A stretch of DNA of 64,000 bases. It comes from Eledone cirrhosa. Its lineage: Eukaryota. Below the pieces are notes generated by a model. It ran no database searches. It was not told the DNA's origin and saw only the letters and a list, made by a program, of their open reading frames with translations. Every line of letters starts with the position of its first letter. The stretch's first letter is position 1. Below are positions 41,612-53,546 of the stretch, piece by piece. The stretch is from positions 10,106,001 to 10,170,000 of the forward strand of contig OZ024754.1 of NCBI GenBank assembly GCA_964016885.1, written 5' to 3'. The position numbers and the translations under genes were made by a program.

Positions 41612-41672
41612 TATTTTATCTGATGAAAGCGTACCAAAGTTTTGGTGCCCTTGAAATATATATAATAAAATA
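41612..41672 (+). ncRNA. Minimal type I hammerhead ribozyme, 12.4-kb family
   Basis: Stem I TATTTTAT/ATAAAATA, CTGATGA (41620), stem II AAGCGTACCAA..TTGGTGCCCTT, GAAA, ATATATAT, cut after 41664; downstream sequence matches 12460-12500, then (TA)n. Confidence 0.82.
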
Positions 41673-41716
41673 AATATGGTTTTATAAATATAGTTTCCAT
41701 TTATTTAATATCATTG

Positions 41717-41768
<52 letters not shown>

Positions 41769-43253
41769 AATGTATATATAAATATATATGTATGTAAAAG
41801 GTAAACAAAAATAACAACACAATCAGTACAGTATATGGAAGGAATATGGAAGGTTAATGCTTGAAATAGCAGGAAGAGGGTCTTAACGTTTCAGATGCTA
41901 GTCTTTCATTTGAAGAAAGAATGAGAAATTACAAAGATTGAAGGGACAGGCAGGGTATTAGCACCTGAGGAAAGGTCACTATTTTGATGCCTCTTGTTCT
42001 ATGGAGCTAGGGTCAAATTTGGATCTTGAAACCTGCAGCATTATCTTCAAGAGTTTATTGTTGATAATATTATCCCCAGTACTTATTCTAGTCTGACATT
42101 TATTTTATCAATCTCTGTGAACCACTATGTTACAGAACATGAAGAATGCACAACATAAACACAGGAATACACATAGACGGCATGGGAAAAAATGAATGTC
42201 AAACAACTACACTGATGTATATCTAACACAACAGATTTCTGTGCAGTTTCTGTCTGCCAAATTGTACTGAGAGAGAGAGAGAGAAGGGGGAGATGTATAG
42301 AGGGAGGGGGTAGAGAGATAGAGAGGGGGGGGATAGAGAGAGGAGAGAGAGAGATGGAAAGAGAGAGATGGGGAGAGAGACATGGATAGAGAGAGAGAGA
42401 GATACAGAAAGATACTAAGTGAGAGAGGGGGAGAGAGAGACAGAAAGAGACTAAGGAAGAGAGAGAAATTCTTAGAAAGATATGAAAGAAAACAGTTTCA
42501 AATCCTAATCTTTCTATTACTAATATTAATTACGACTATTATACAATCACAAACAGCAACAACAACAACAACATCATCTCTATAATATAGCAATTCAACT
42601 TCTTACACAACTGTAATGCATTTGCAAAAGAGCCGACAAAACTAATCTAATTCCGGAATGGTAAATTTTTATAAGAAGATTATTTAGTCAACAGGTTTTC
42701 CTGGTTAGCAATGGAAGATGATTTTAAAGACTATATTAACAAAGAAATGTGTAAAATATAATAAAACTAAAGGAAAAATCTAAGCAAATTATGCTAAAAT
42801 AGCAGAGGTAAAAGAAAAACATTGCTTTAAACCAGAGTCATTCAAATTTGCAACAAATGATATGAAATACCTAAACAATGTAACTATGTTTTTGTTGTTG
42901 CTGTTGTTGTTGTTGTTGTATTTGCCCAAGAATAAAGTTAAAATCGTTGAGTTTGTATAGAAATACAGTTCTAGTGACTTCATAGCGAGATATTACAAAT
43001 GCTAAGATATAGAGAGAATGTAAGCTGGGATGTTTTTGTGCCCAAGTATGAAGTTAAAATTATTGAGTACGTATGTATGGAAATGTAGTGTTGTAGTGAT
43101 TACATAGTGAGCTATTATATAGCATCAATGTAACAGCAGGTGTGGTGATGTTGAGTATTAATGTACACAGGTGTGTAACACAGGAGTGGGATAGCATGGA
43201 GAAGTGTGGAAAATAACTAAGTGAAAGAGAGAAGTATTGAAGAGAAATAAAAC

Positions 43254-43310
<57 letters not shown>

Positions 43311-43631
43311 AGATATATGTATATTTATATATATACATATATATACACACATATGTATATTTATATATACACACAGGTATATATATATATACACACACAC
43401 ACGTATATTTATATATATTTATATATATATTTATATATATATATATATATACATATAGATATAGATAGGTAAATATACACGGGTGTGTATGATTGTGTAT
43501 AGAAGATTATATTAATAAGAGGAATTCCAACTTTGTCTGATTTACTCGTTTTATTTACAATCCTTTAAAATATATATAATATGGTATTATAATGAAATAG
43601 TATGATAGAATATTAAATTCTAAGTGTTAAT

Positions 43632-43670
43632 TGAACAAGTACTTTCATGCTTTCGCAATCTTCAGGTTCA
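43632..43670 (-). ncRNA. Minimal type I hammerhead ribozyme (mirror copy)
   Basis: Reverse complement of 43726-43764. Confidence 0.78.
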
Positions 43671-43725
43671 TGATATGTGGTGACAGTCGAGTGAAAATTG
43701 CAAACTCGACTGTCACCACATATCA

Positions 43726-43764
43726 TGAACCTGAAGATTGCGAAAGCATGAAAGTACTTGTTCA
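43726..43764 (+). ncRNA. Minimal type I hammerhead ribozyme
   Basis: Stem I TGAAC/GTTCA, CTGAAGA (43731), stem II T-TGC-GAAA-GCA-T, GAAA, palindromic AGTACT stem III, cut after 43759. Confidence 0.78.
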
Positions 43765-44056
43765 ATTAACACTTAGAATTTAATATTCTATCATACTATT
43801 TCATTATAATACCATATTATATATATTTTAAAGGATTGTAAATAAAACGAGTAAATCAGACAAAGTTGGAATTCCTCTTATTAATATATATATACATATA
43901 TATACCACACATATGTATATTTATATATACACACACGTGTATATATATATATCTATATATACATATATATATATATATATTATATACACATATATATATA
44001 TATATATTATATACACACACATACACATAGATACAAATATATATACACTCATATAC

Positions 44057-44092
<36 letters not shown>

Positions 44093-44190
44093 ATATATAT
44101 ACACTCATATACATATATATATACACACACACACATACAAATATATATACACTCATATACATATATATATACACACACACATATATATAT

Positions 44191-44246
<56 letters not shown>

Positions 44247-44310
44247 GTATATGTAAACTGATTAACACCTTGAAAATGATAACATCTCCAGTACATTCAA
44301 ATAGTTAACA

Positions 44311-44524
44311 TTAACCCTTTACCATTTATATTACTCTAATATATATTATTATATTTTCACAGTAAAGGCTTCATCTCACATAATATCAAATCTATGAGAT
44401 TTTGATATTTATTTTGAAAACAATACCTTAACATAAGTATGAGTAGCCGGTTACGGCCAGTTTGAACAGAAAGAGGTGAGAGAATTCTGGCCAGATATGG
44501 CTGGTTTAAATACTAAATGGTTAA
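44311..44524. mobile_element. piggyBac-type MITE
   Basis: TTAACCCTTTA ... TAAATGGTTAA. Confidence 0.8.
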
Positions 44525-44551
44525 GGTGGCTGGGCAAAAATAAAAATAGTA

Positions 44552-44732
44552 ACTGTTTCTACGATTGGCACAAGGCCAGCAATTACTCAGTGCATTACTG
44601 GTACTTTATTTTATCGACCCCGTAAGGATGAAAGGCAAAGTTAACCCCGGCGGGATTTGAACTTGGAATGGCAAGGGCCGTAACTCTATGCGTCAAAGCA
44701 TGGTGTCCGACCCTCTACCGATACTGCCAAAC
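44552..44732 (-). mobile_element. Nin-like SINE
   Basis: Near-consensus copy. Confidence 0.85.
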
Positions 44733-44956
44733 CAAAAAGAAAAGTATTAATGTAAATAAATTATGTTCAATGAGTCTATCGACACTAAATATAAGGAATG
44801 GGAGGAAGTTGGCTTTTGGAAGAATCAAACTTCAAACCTAAAGTTTCCAGGCCTAAAGGTGTAATAACTGACTGTGTTTGATAGTTTTAATCTATGTGAG
44901 TGTGAAAGGGTGAGGGGTGTTCATTTTTGGCTTTGTCGTTAGTTTGTTATTTGTTT

Positions 44957-44989
<33 letters not shown>

Positions 44990-46071
44990 CTGAAGATTTT
45001 TTTTTTTTTTTTTAATCTGTGTGTGATGAGGGTGGTGGGGTTAGTTTTCGGCTTTGTCACTAGTTTGAATAAACACTCTGAAAACATTGTGTTCAATCAG
45101 CAAACTCTGACATTCAATTGTAAAGCTTTAGGTGATCACTGATCTGGCATTAAAGATGGATCGATAAATATGGTGGCGCACAACACGGAAGTTCTCTTAG
45201 CAAAGACGATAGTGTGTGAATAGAGAAGGACCAGAATTAACAATGAGAAAAGCATGCATAATTAGTATAAAACAATAACAATAAAGACAACAATAGCAAT
45301 AACATCCAAAAGAGATGGAATGTATCCGGTGATTAAATCATAATATAATTATTCTTCAGATATATTTATTAGTATTGATTGAAGGTTTCTTTAGTTATTT
45401 TTTCAAAATCAATGCCACTGAAGTAATGTCTCTAAATTACAGAGATTGAGTATGAAAGGAATGGTGCACAGTTGGTGAAAATTAAAAGCTGCTGTAGACT
45501 ATACTGACCATATTCTCATGTGAATGGAATTTTACACACAGGTGAACACATTTAGCTATATATATTGTGTGAACAAGTAAGGGATATAGTATTCTCTTCA
45601 TGTGAAAACCAAACAGCCAGATCGTTTGCAAAATTTATCGAAAGGATATGCATGTAAAAAGGGGTGATGGATTCTATTTGGACCTTTAGTGCCATATATG
45701 GTTTAAATTATTCTTATTATACTACATATAGCCTGAGAATGCTCAACCACAGACATTACGATTGTACCCTATATACTATGAGAGTGCTCAACAATATTGA
45801 GTACCAAAGTGGAGCTACTGACTTCACATACAGGCCAACAGTCTGCACCGTGCTTACGTATGCATGTTGTAAATTGTGCATATGCAACAGTGTAGCAAAT
45901 AAACAAACAAAATAAATAAAACAAAAACATCAAGATCTGTTCAGACCCAATGTGCATCACACATGCAGCAACATCTGCACTAAACTGCACCAGATATTGC
46001 ATCACATGACACATGGAGAATGAAGTAAATATATGAAGTCATCTAATATTTTAACAGTATTTCCTCTTCCT

Positions 46072-46235
46072 TTCTTCTTCTTCACCCACTTATTCCTGAG
46101 GGTCGGGGGGAAGAAGAGTCCTCAAACACTCCTAGCAGATCCTGTCAGAAGCAGCCGTCTCCAATTGATCCTGCTGGATCATCAACTGAGATCAGCCAAG
46201 CTCATGGATGTTATCCGGCCACCTTGCCTGGGGTC
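46072..46235 (-). mobile_element. RTE-like LINE 3' fragment with (AAG)n tail
   Basis: Minus strand RPQARWPDNI...; GGAGTGTTTGAGGACTC block also at about 62627 (+). Confidence 0.65.
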
Positions 46236-46249
46236 TATCTATTATGTAT

Positions 46250-46884
46250 ATGTGTCCCAGATGCGTGCGCGACGAGGAAACCGTTGCGCACGCATTGGTA
46301 CACAGCTCGGGCGTTGCTGATCTGTGGGGCTATGTCGAACGACTGCTGTCAAGGGCGGGACCAATCCGGTTGACCACTGAGTCCATTGTAATAATCAAGC
46401 CACCTCCCGCCTTCAAAAATGAAGGAGAGGCGGTCTTCCTCTGTGTAATAGCCATGGTGAAAGAGGTGATATGGTGGACACGTTTGAAAGGGTTGAGGTC
46501 GGACACCTTTCTCTCCGGCCAACAACTGGTCCTTTTCTTTAAATACCATTTTAAGAGAAGGATCAGAATGGAGAGGGAGGTGCTCTACCCCAGCAAGTTT
46601 TATGAAAGGTGGGTGAAAGTAGCGAGAATGGCCCATTCACACGGGCCTGTAAGTGGAAAGGTGGAAGTTCAAAGGAGCACCCCCTCACTGTGCTCCTAAG
46701 GAAAAGGGTTACACACTTCTTCGGGGGTGTGTGTAACCCCCAAAACGCCTCCTCCCTATTGAGGACTGTATTGTTAATTTTATATTTGTTATTTGTTTTT
46801 TACTCGTTCCTTTATGTAACCCCCCCCCCCCCCCCTTGTATTTGACCCCTTCTTATGTGCCCTCGTGGCAAATAAATAGAAACT
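46250..46884 (+). mobile_element. 5'-truncated Tx1/L1-clade LINE with zf-RVT-like C-terminus
   Basis: CPRC...ETVAHALVH...LWGYVE...IWWTR motif; 3' UTR with AATAAA; 14-bp TSD TATCTATTATGTAT at 46236-46249 and 46885-46898. Confidence 0.9.
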
Positions 46885-47637
46885 TATCTATTATGTATGT
46901 GTGTGTGTGAGTTTTCGGTCTGTTCTTCTCTGCATGGGACATGCAATATAATTTTTATCCTATGTTTGGTGAATGAACCATCTGTTATGGCTGTATCTAT
47001 TGTCTTTTTCTTCAACAGATTTCCTGCCTGTTTCCTACCCGTAAAACCTGTCCAGCAATTCTTTCCTAAGACATTCTAACCCCATGCCTGTAGTATCTAT
47101 GAGCTTTCATATAATTAGTTCAAAAGCTAGTTGATAAAAGTAAATCAGTAATAAGCTGGGTTCTGTCTTCTACATAACATTACAAGGTAAAATTAGAAAA
47201 ACAAATCACATTAATTGGCTGAAGAGTGGCGTTACTTTGGACACACAAATAAATGCAATTATATTCTAAGATTTCAGCACCTACAACTCAACTTTTACAA
47301 ATGAATACTTAGAAAATTTCCATTCTCTGAAAAATGAGTGACTTTAATATGGTGAACAGACTTTACTTAAATTAAGATCAATATATCTCAATTCTAGTAG
47401 GTCAGCTAATGACCTTTATATTGAATATTTATATATCGATGCTTAACAGGAGAAAGAATTAGACATTACATGGATTTTCAGCTATATATATATATATATA
47501 TATATAGGAAATCAACTGAAATACCGATATATATATATATATACACATACATACATATATGTAGGAAATCAACTCATATACTGAGATATATATATATATA
47601 CACATACATACATATATGTAGGAAATCAACTCATATA

Positions 47638-47678
<41 letters not shown>

Positions 47679-48286
47679 ATACATATATGTAGGAAATCAA
47701 CTGATATACCGATAAACCTAAAACAAGCCTGCTTTCTAGAAATAGCATGCATATAACCTTCTATTATATTGCTTTATAACAGCCCAGTTAGGGCTGAGAT
47801 ATTTAGTTAGAGAAAACTTCTATAGTTACAGAGATTTATGAAAAGGTATAAATTATAAATGCTAAAACTCTACATCACTAGGAATCAGAAAATTTAATGT
47901 TAAAGGAGGATATACAATACAAACATAATTCATACATCGTAATTTATGGAAATGATAATAAATCAAAAACCTATAAGTGAAAATAGATCAATATCTTGAG
48001 ATTTTCCATTGTATATCTGACACAGTTCCATAGGAAATAGGCATATAACTAGTCTCGATGGCTATAATGATTCTTTTGGAAAACTTCTATAGTAAAGTTC
48101 TAAACTAAATACAGAGGAAGAATTATGACTTTGATAGCTACAAATTGTTTAGAAAATATTCCAGAGAAAAAGACAATAGATACAGCCATAACAGATGGTT
48201 CATTCACCAAACATAGGATAAAAATTATATTGTATGTCCCATGCAGAGAAGAACAGACCGAAAACACACACACACAATAGATAGAA
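46885..48286. mobile_element. Putative non-autonomous element with about 120-bp terminal inverted repeats
   Basis: About 46900-47010 is the reverse complement of about 48166-48277; non-coding interior. Confidence 0.6.
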
Positions 48287-48663
48287 ATTCAACCAAAAAT
48301 ATATTAGCATAAAATTTCCAAAATTCAATTCAGAAAATTCTAGAATGATGTTCTTATCAGGTAACATAGCAGGAAGCAAAGTGGTAGACTTGAAAACAAA
48401 ATATAATTAGCATCTTTGAAGCTTGTTTAATGGCAGAAAAATTAATAATTCTTTCAAGAGACTTGATGGAGAAGGTGTTAGGTGGAAGATAGAAACATGC
48501 ATTAAAATATTTCACCAGAAAGTAAACTTCTTCAATAGAAGCTAGAAAATCAAATATTATACAAAAATATCTGCTGGTGTTTTATTTCTGCAGAACGAAA
48601 AATGTAGGAAATAAAACATTAAAAACATGAAAAATAATTGTTTCTGATTTAGGCCAAACCATT

Positions 48664-49040
48664 TTAACCCTTTAGTAATTACAATACTCTATATATACTG
48701 TTGTATTTTTGTGGAAAAGGCTTTATCTCACATAATATCAAATCTACAAGATTTTGATAATATATTGTTCTCAAAATAAGTACTAACTTAAATGTGAGCA
48801 GCCAGATATGGCTGGTTTGAACAGAAAGAGATGAGAGAATTCTGGCTGGATATGGCCAGTTTAAATGGTAAAGGGGTAAGAGGGGAGTCTATTAAATTGA
48901 TCCCAGTGGGTTACAGGTACTTTATTTTATCAGCTACAAGTAAGGGTGAAAGGCAAAGCTAACCTCAAAGGGATTTGAACTCAGACCATAAAGGAATGTA
49001 ACTATATGCCTGTTGACCAACACTCTACCAATACTGCGAT
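48664..49040 (-). mobile_element. MITE nested in a Nin-like SINE
   Basis: TTAACCCTTTAG...TAAAGGGGTAA, then SINE body; SINE 3' end near 48637. Confidence 0.7.
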
Positions 49041-50000
49041 TTCACCTGTAGAGTGTATGCGTGAGAGAGAGAGAGAGAGAGAGATAGATAGAGAGATATT
49101 GAGAGAGAGATAGAGAGAGAGAGAGACAGAGAGACAGAGAATGTGTGTTTATTTCAGCTCTTACCTAAAATACCAACTGACCTTATTCAACTCTGGAAAT
49201 ATTTCTAATGATCTACTCCAGTCTTATGGTTTTAGATAAATGTGTATTAACAGTAAGAGAGAAAAAAAAAAAGTAGTAGAGACACAGAAGGCTGGAGGTG
49301 CAGCGGTAAATGGAGGAGGAGGAGAGGGGTATGAAGAGAGGGGGGTGCACATTCCATCTCATAATTTAGCAAATTAATATTGTAGTTTTGAAAAAGTAAG
49401 GTTAAAAGGTGAGTGTATGGGTCAGATGGTGGTGATGGTAGCAGTTAATGTTTGAAGGAAGCACATCTACATAGGAAAAGAGAGTTAAATTCAATGAACC
49501 ATACTTCTATATAAATATCGAAGTTCTTTACTGTCTTTATTTTGTTAGTTTATTTGTTAGTTTATTTTTTAGTTTCTGTGGTCAGGTGCACTGTCTGTTT
49601 GAAATAAAATTAATTTATAGCACCAGTGCAGTGCAGCATTCAAATTGATGTCCACTAATCCTGGAACTACACATATGAATGGTGGACAAGATAGCACTAA
49701 TGGATGGAAAGATTTGGATGTGTGTGTGTGTATAGACACATATACACAGAGAACCACACACAAACACACAGATACCTAGACACATATACACAAACAGAAC
49801 CACATACACACACACACACTCAGACCCCACCATCCACCCACATACAGAGAGAGAAAGACACACACACACACGGACACACAGAGTAGATAGGAGACTAGAT
49901 AGAGGAAAGCTGAGAGGGGTTGTGTGAGAGAGAGGGGGTGTGTATATAGAGAGGGACAGAGAGAGAGATGTGTGTGAGAGAGAGAGATGTGAGGGAGATG

Positions 50001-50109
<109 letters not shown>

Positions 50110-50516
50110 ATACCTCAGTGATACTAATGATAACACTAGAAATATAACCCACCATTAGTATTGTGTTTACGGTTTGTTTTCTGGTTTGTTTTTCCTGTTT
50201 TTTATATTGTTCTTTTTACCTTTAGTTTTGTTTTCCTTATCTTTATTGGTGGAACAAAATAACAAACAACAACAAAACAACAGCAAAACAACAACAAACA
50301 CAAATGAACAATATTTGTGAAACAAAGATATCAACATAAAATTCCAGTAACTCATTTGTTTGGGGTGTTGAAATCTCTTCCATTGATTACATTATCACAC
50401 TAGCAGCACCCTCACCATCATCATCATCACCATAATCATCATCGCAAACATCTTTGTCATCGCCATCATCATCATTGTAATCATCATCATCATCATCTCT
50501 CTCATATATATATATA

Positions 50517-50938
50517 TCGTTTCTGAATTTGTTTAGCAAGATTCTTTATCTGAAAACGTGTGTTGAAACCGATATTGTTATACTTTGGGAGGGTCATGTT
50601 GCCAATAAGAAACACACGCACCAGTTGCTGGGGATTCTTTTCTTTGTTTTTTGTGCCTCTCTTTTGTTCTGTCCTACGCCATCTTGATGGCGTAGGACAG
50701 AACAAAGGAGAGGCACAAAAAACCAAGAAAAGAATCCCCAGTCACTGAAGAGGTCACAGAATGTGTGACGAAAGAACTTTGACAATATATAAACAACCAT
50801 CTGATTGTGGAACCAACCAACCAACCGGATATTTATAAATTCCTCAATTTATAAATTTATTATAATAAATTGAAGTGAAAGCAACTGGTGCGTGTGTTTC
50901 TTATTGGCAACATGACCCCTCCCAAAGTATAACAATAT
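50517..50938. mobile_element. Nested fold-back element with degenerate HHR
   Basis: Outer IR 50572-50629 and 50880-50938; inner IR 50628-50683 and 50686-50741; (TA)n flanks. Confidence 0.75.
50741..50783 (+). ncRNA. Minimal hammerhead ribozyme, slightly degenerate
   Basis: Stem I GTCA/TGAC, CTGAAGA (50745), one extra G, stem II GTCACA/TGTGAC, GAAA, AGAACT, UU site. Confidence 0.6.
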
Positions 50939-51042
50939 ATATATATATATATATATAACAAAGGAAATGTGGTAAGGAACTAGATGGACCATAACGCACC
51001 AGAGTACTCAATACTTAGAGTAGTAGAGTGGGAAATAGGAAA

Positions 51043-51150
51043 AAGTATGACCCCGACGGCAGAGCTCAAGCCGTTTCGACGGCTATTTCTGGACTAAATT
51101 AGAATTTTTAGCCTGGTGAATAAATAGCCAAACATGTCAAGGGGGTACTT
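51043..51150 (-). ncRNA. Type I hammerhead with U3-A8 core and extended stem II (A9 mutated in this arm)
   Basis: CCCC-TTGACAT-long stem II-GAAACGGC-TTGAGCTCT-GCCGTC-GGGG. Confidence 0.6.
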
Positions 51151-51359
51151 CCTTATATGGGAAGATTGTAGTTGTCAAGAGGATTGGTTAAAATTTGTTG
51201 TAAACACAAATAAGTCTATCATGGCATTTGGTGGGGGGTAGGGGTGGCTGAACTTGCCTGTAGAACAATAGAGGGGGAGTGAGTGCCATGATAGACTTAT
51301 TTGTGTTTACAACAAATTTTAACCAATCCTCTTGACAACTACAATCTTCCCATATAAGG

Positions 51360-51466
51360 AAGTACCCCCTTGACAAGTTCGGCTATTTATTCACCAGGCT
51401 AAAAATTCTAATTTAGTCCAGAAATAGCCGTCGGAACGGCTTGAGCTCTGCATCGGGGTCATACTT
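51360..51466 (+). ncRNA. Type I hammerhead with U3-A8 core (GAAA and cleavage site mutated in this arm)
   Basis: CCCC-TTGACAA (51370)-CGGCTATTT/AAATAGCCG stem II-GGAACGGC...GCATC-GGGG. Confidence 0.55.
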
Positions 51467-51469
51467 TTT

Positions 51470-51532
<63 letters not shown>

Positions 51533-51640
51533 AATATAGATTCAGCGAGAATCGCATTTCGGCAGGTGGAAAAGGCAAAACGAAACGCAAAAATCAGATA
51601 TGATACTGGCAAGCACTCGATAGTTAAAAAACCAGAGCTA

Positions 51641-51676
<36 letters not shown>

Positions 51677-51680
<4 letters not shown>

Positions 51681-52011
51681 TCATCATCACCATCATCATT
51701 TTACGTCTGCTTTTCCCTGCTTGCAAGGGTGGGACGGGAACTGATTCTGGCTTGATTTCTACAGCTGGATGCCCTTCCTAACACCAACCTCATTTACAGT
51801 GAGTGCTGGGTGCTTTTTTGCCGTGGCACCTCCACGACCACTTTGCAGTGGAATGATAGGGACCCCAGTCCCTATCATCTCATTTCTACAGCTGAGTAAA
51901 CTGGAGCAATGTGAAATAAAGTGTCTTGCTCAAGGAAACAACACATCACCCGGTCTGAGAATTGAACTCGCAACCTTTCGATTGCAAGTCCAATGCTCTA
52001 ACCACTAAGCC
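51677..52011 (-). mobile_element. Young tRNA/CORE SINE with (GAT)n tail
   Basis: Near-identical to 11731-12042. Confidence 0.85.
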
Positions 52012-52109
52012 ACTAATTTTATACATATGCATATATATATAAATGTATGTATATATATGCCTATGTATATAAATGTATATGTATATGTATATATATGTTT
52101 GTGTATGTG

Positions 52110-52166
<57 letters not shown>

Positions 52167-52276
52167 CACTTTAGTTTCTGTTCTTTAATCAACATAACAC
52201 TGTAGCTTCCCTCCTCACACTCTCCTCTACAATATTTTCCCCTCTTATCTCCAAGAGAACCCCCCCTCCCTCTAAC

Positions 52277-52708
52277 AGTGAGTGTGTGTAAGAAAGATAG
52301 AGACAGGCAGATAGTGTGTGTGAGTGTGTGTGTGTATGTAAGACAGAGACAGGCAGATAGTGTGTGTGTGAGTGTGTGTGTGTATGTAAGACAGAGACAG
52401 GCAGATAGTGTGTGTGTGAGTGTGTGTGTGTATGTAAGACAGAGACAGGCAGATAGTGTGTGTGTGAGTGTGTGTGTGTAAGACAGAGACAGGCAGATAG
52501 TGTGTGTGTGAGTGTGTGTGTGTATGTAAGACAGAGACAGGCAGATAGTGTGTGTGAGTGTGTGTGTAAGACAGAGACAGGCAGATAGTGTGTGTGTATG
52601 TAAGACAGAGACAGGCAGATAGTGTGTGTGTGTGAGTGTGTGTGTGTGTATATAAGACAGAGACAGGCAGATAGTGTGTGTGTGAGTGTGTGGAAAGACA
52701 CAGGTAGA

Positions 52709-52743
<35 letters not shown>

Positions 52744-53080
52744 AAAGATAGCGACAGGCAGATAGAGTGTGTATGTGTGTGTGTGTGTGTAAGAGTGTGT
52801 GTGGATAGACACAGACAGTGTGTGTATATATAAGAAAAACAGAGATAGGCAAAGAGTGTGTGTAAGAAAGAGAAAGACAGATACAGAGAGGGAGAGAGAT
52901 AGATACAGAGATACAGAGAGAGAGAGGGATACAAAGAGAGAGAGAGAGACAGAGAGTGTATGTGTGTGTGTATGTGTGTGTGTGTGTATGTGTGTGTATG
53001 TGTGTGTGTGTGTGTATGTGTGTGTGCATGTGTGTGTGTGTGCATGTGTGTGTGTGTGTGCATGTGTGTGTGTATGTATG
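52277..53080. repeat. GT/GA compound minisatellite
   Basis: GTAAGACAGAGACAGGCAGATA core between (GT)n linkers. Confidence 0.9.
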
Positions 53081-53546
53081 TGCACTGAGATGCTACAGCT
53101 AAAACACCTGATAGCAGTTACAAATACTGTTTAATTCTCTCAACAAAACAAAAGAGAAAATGAAAAGTGAAGAGATCACAAAAGAATGACTGAGAAAGTG
53201 TGTTTTTATTTTGTTTTTCACTTTATTGCAGTTTCTTTTCTTTTAATTTTATTTTTTTACCTTTTAAGAAAAAAAAGAAAAGAAAAGACAATGATTTAAA
53301 AGACAATGAGGAGCATTCAGTAAAATTAATTGATATTAATTACCATGGTTGACAAAACATAACAGGTTCCTTTACATTGCTGTTGGCAAGCACCCCCTTC
53401 TACAGTTTGGATTCTATAGAAATGTCAGGTAGTCAGTCCTCATGAAATAACACAACTGAAACTTCCTAGTAAGTCTCCCAACAGGAACAACATTAGCAAC
53501 AAAACATAGGCCCTGGGATAGAAATCATGGATAAGGGTTTAGTCAA

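Larger units (their letters stand above)
43508..43888. mobile_element. Fold-back HHR element with 185-bp arms and 11-nt spacer
   Basis: Arms 43508-43692 and 43704-43888, no mismatch seen, within TA/CA microsatellite. Confidence 0.85.
50957..51474. mobile_element. Fold-back element, about 190-bp arms plus tail; longest copy of the 21.2/40.1 kb family
   Basis: Arms 51035-51226 and 51284-51474, 57-nt spacer, tail 50957-51034, (TA)n on both sides. Confidence 0.85.

Noticed and set aside
45785-45805. GTGCTCAA/TTGAGTAC hairpin as another tail motif
   Set aside because: Lacks the bulge and upper stem and is not near (TA)n or an HHR
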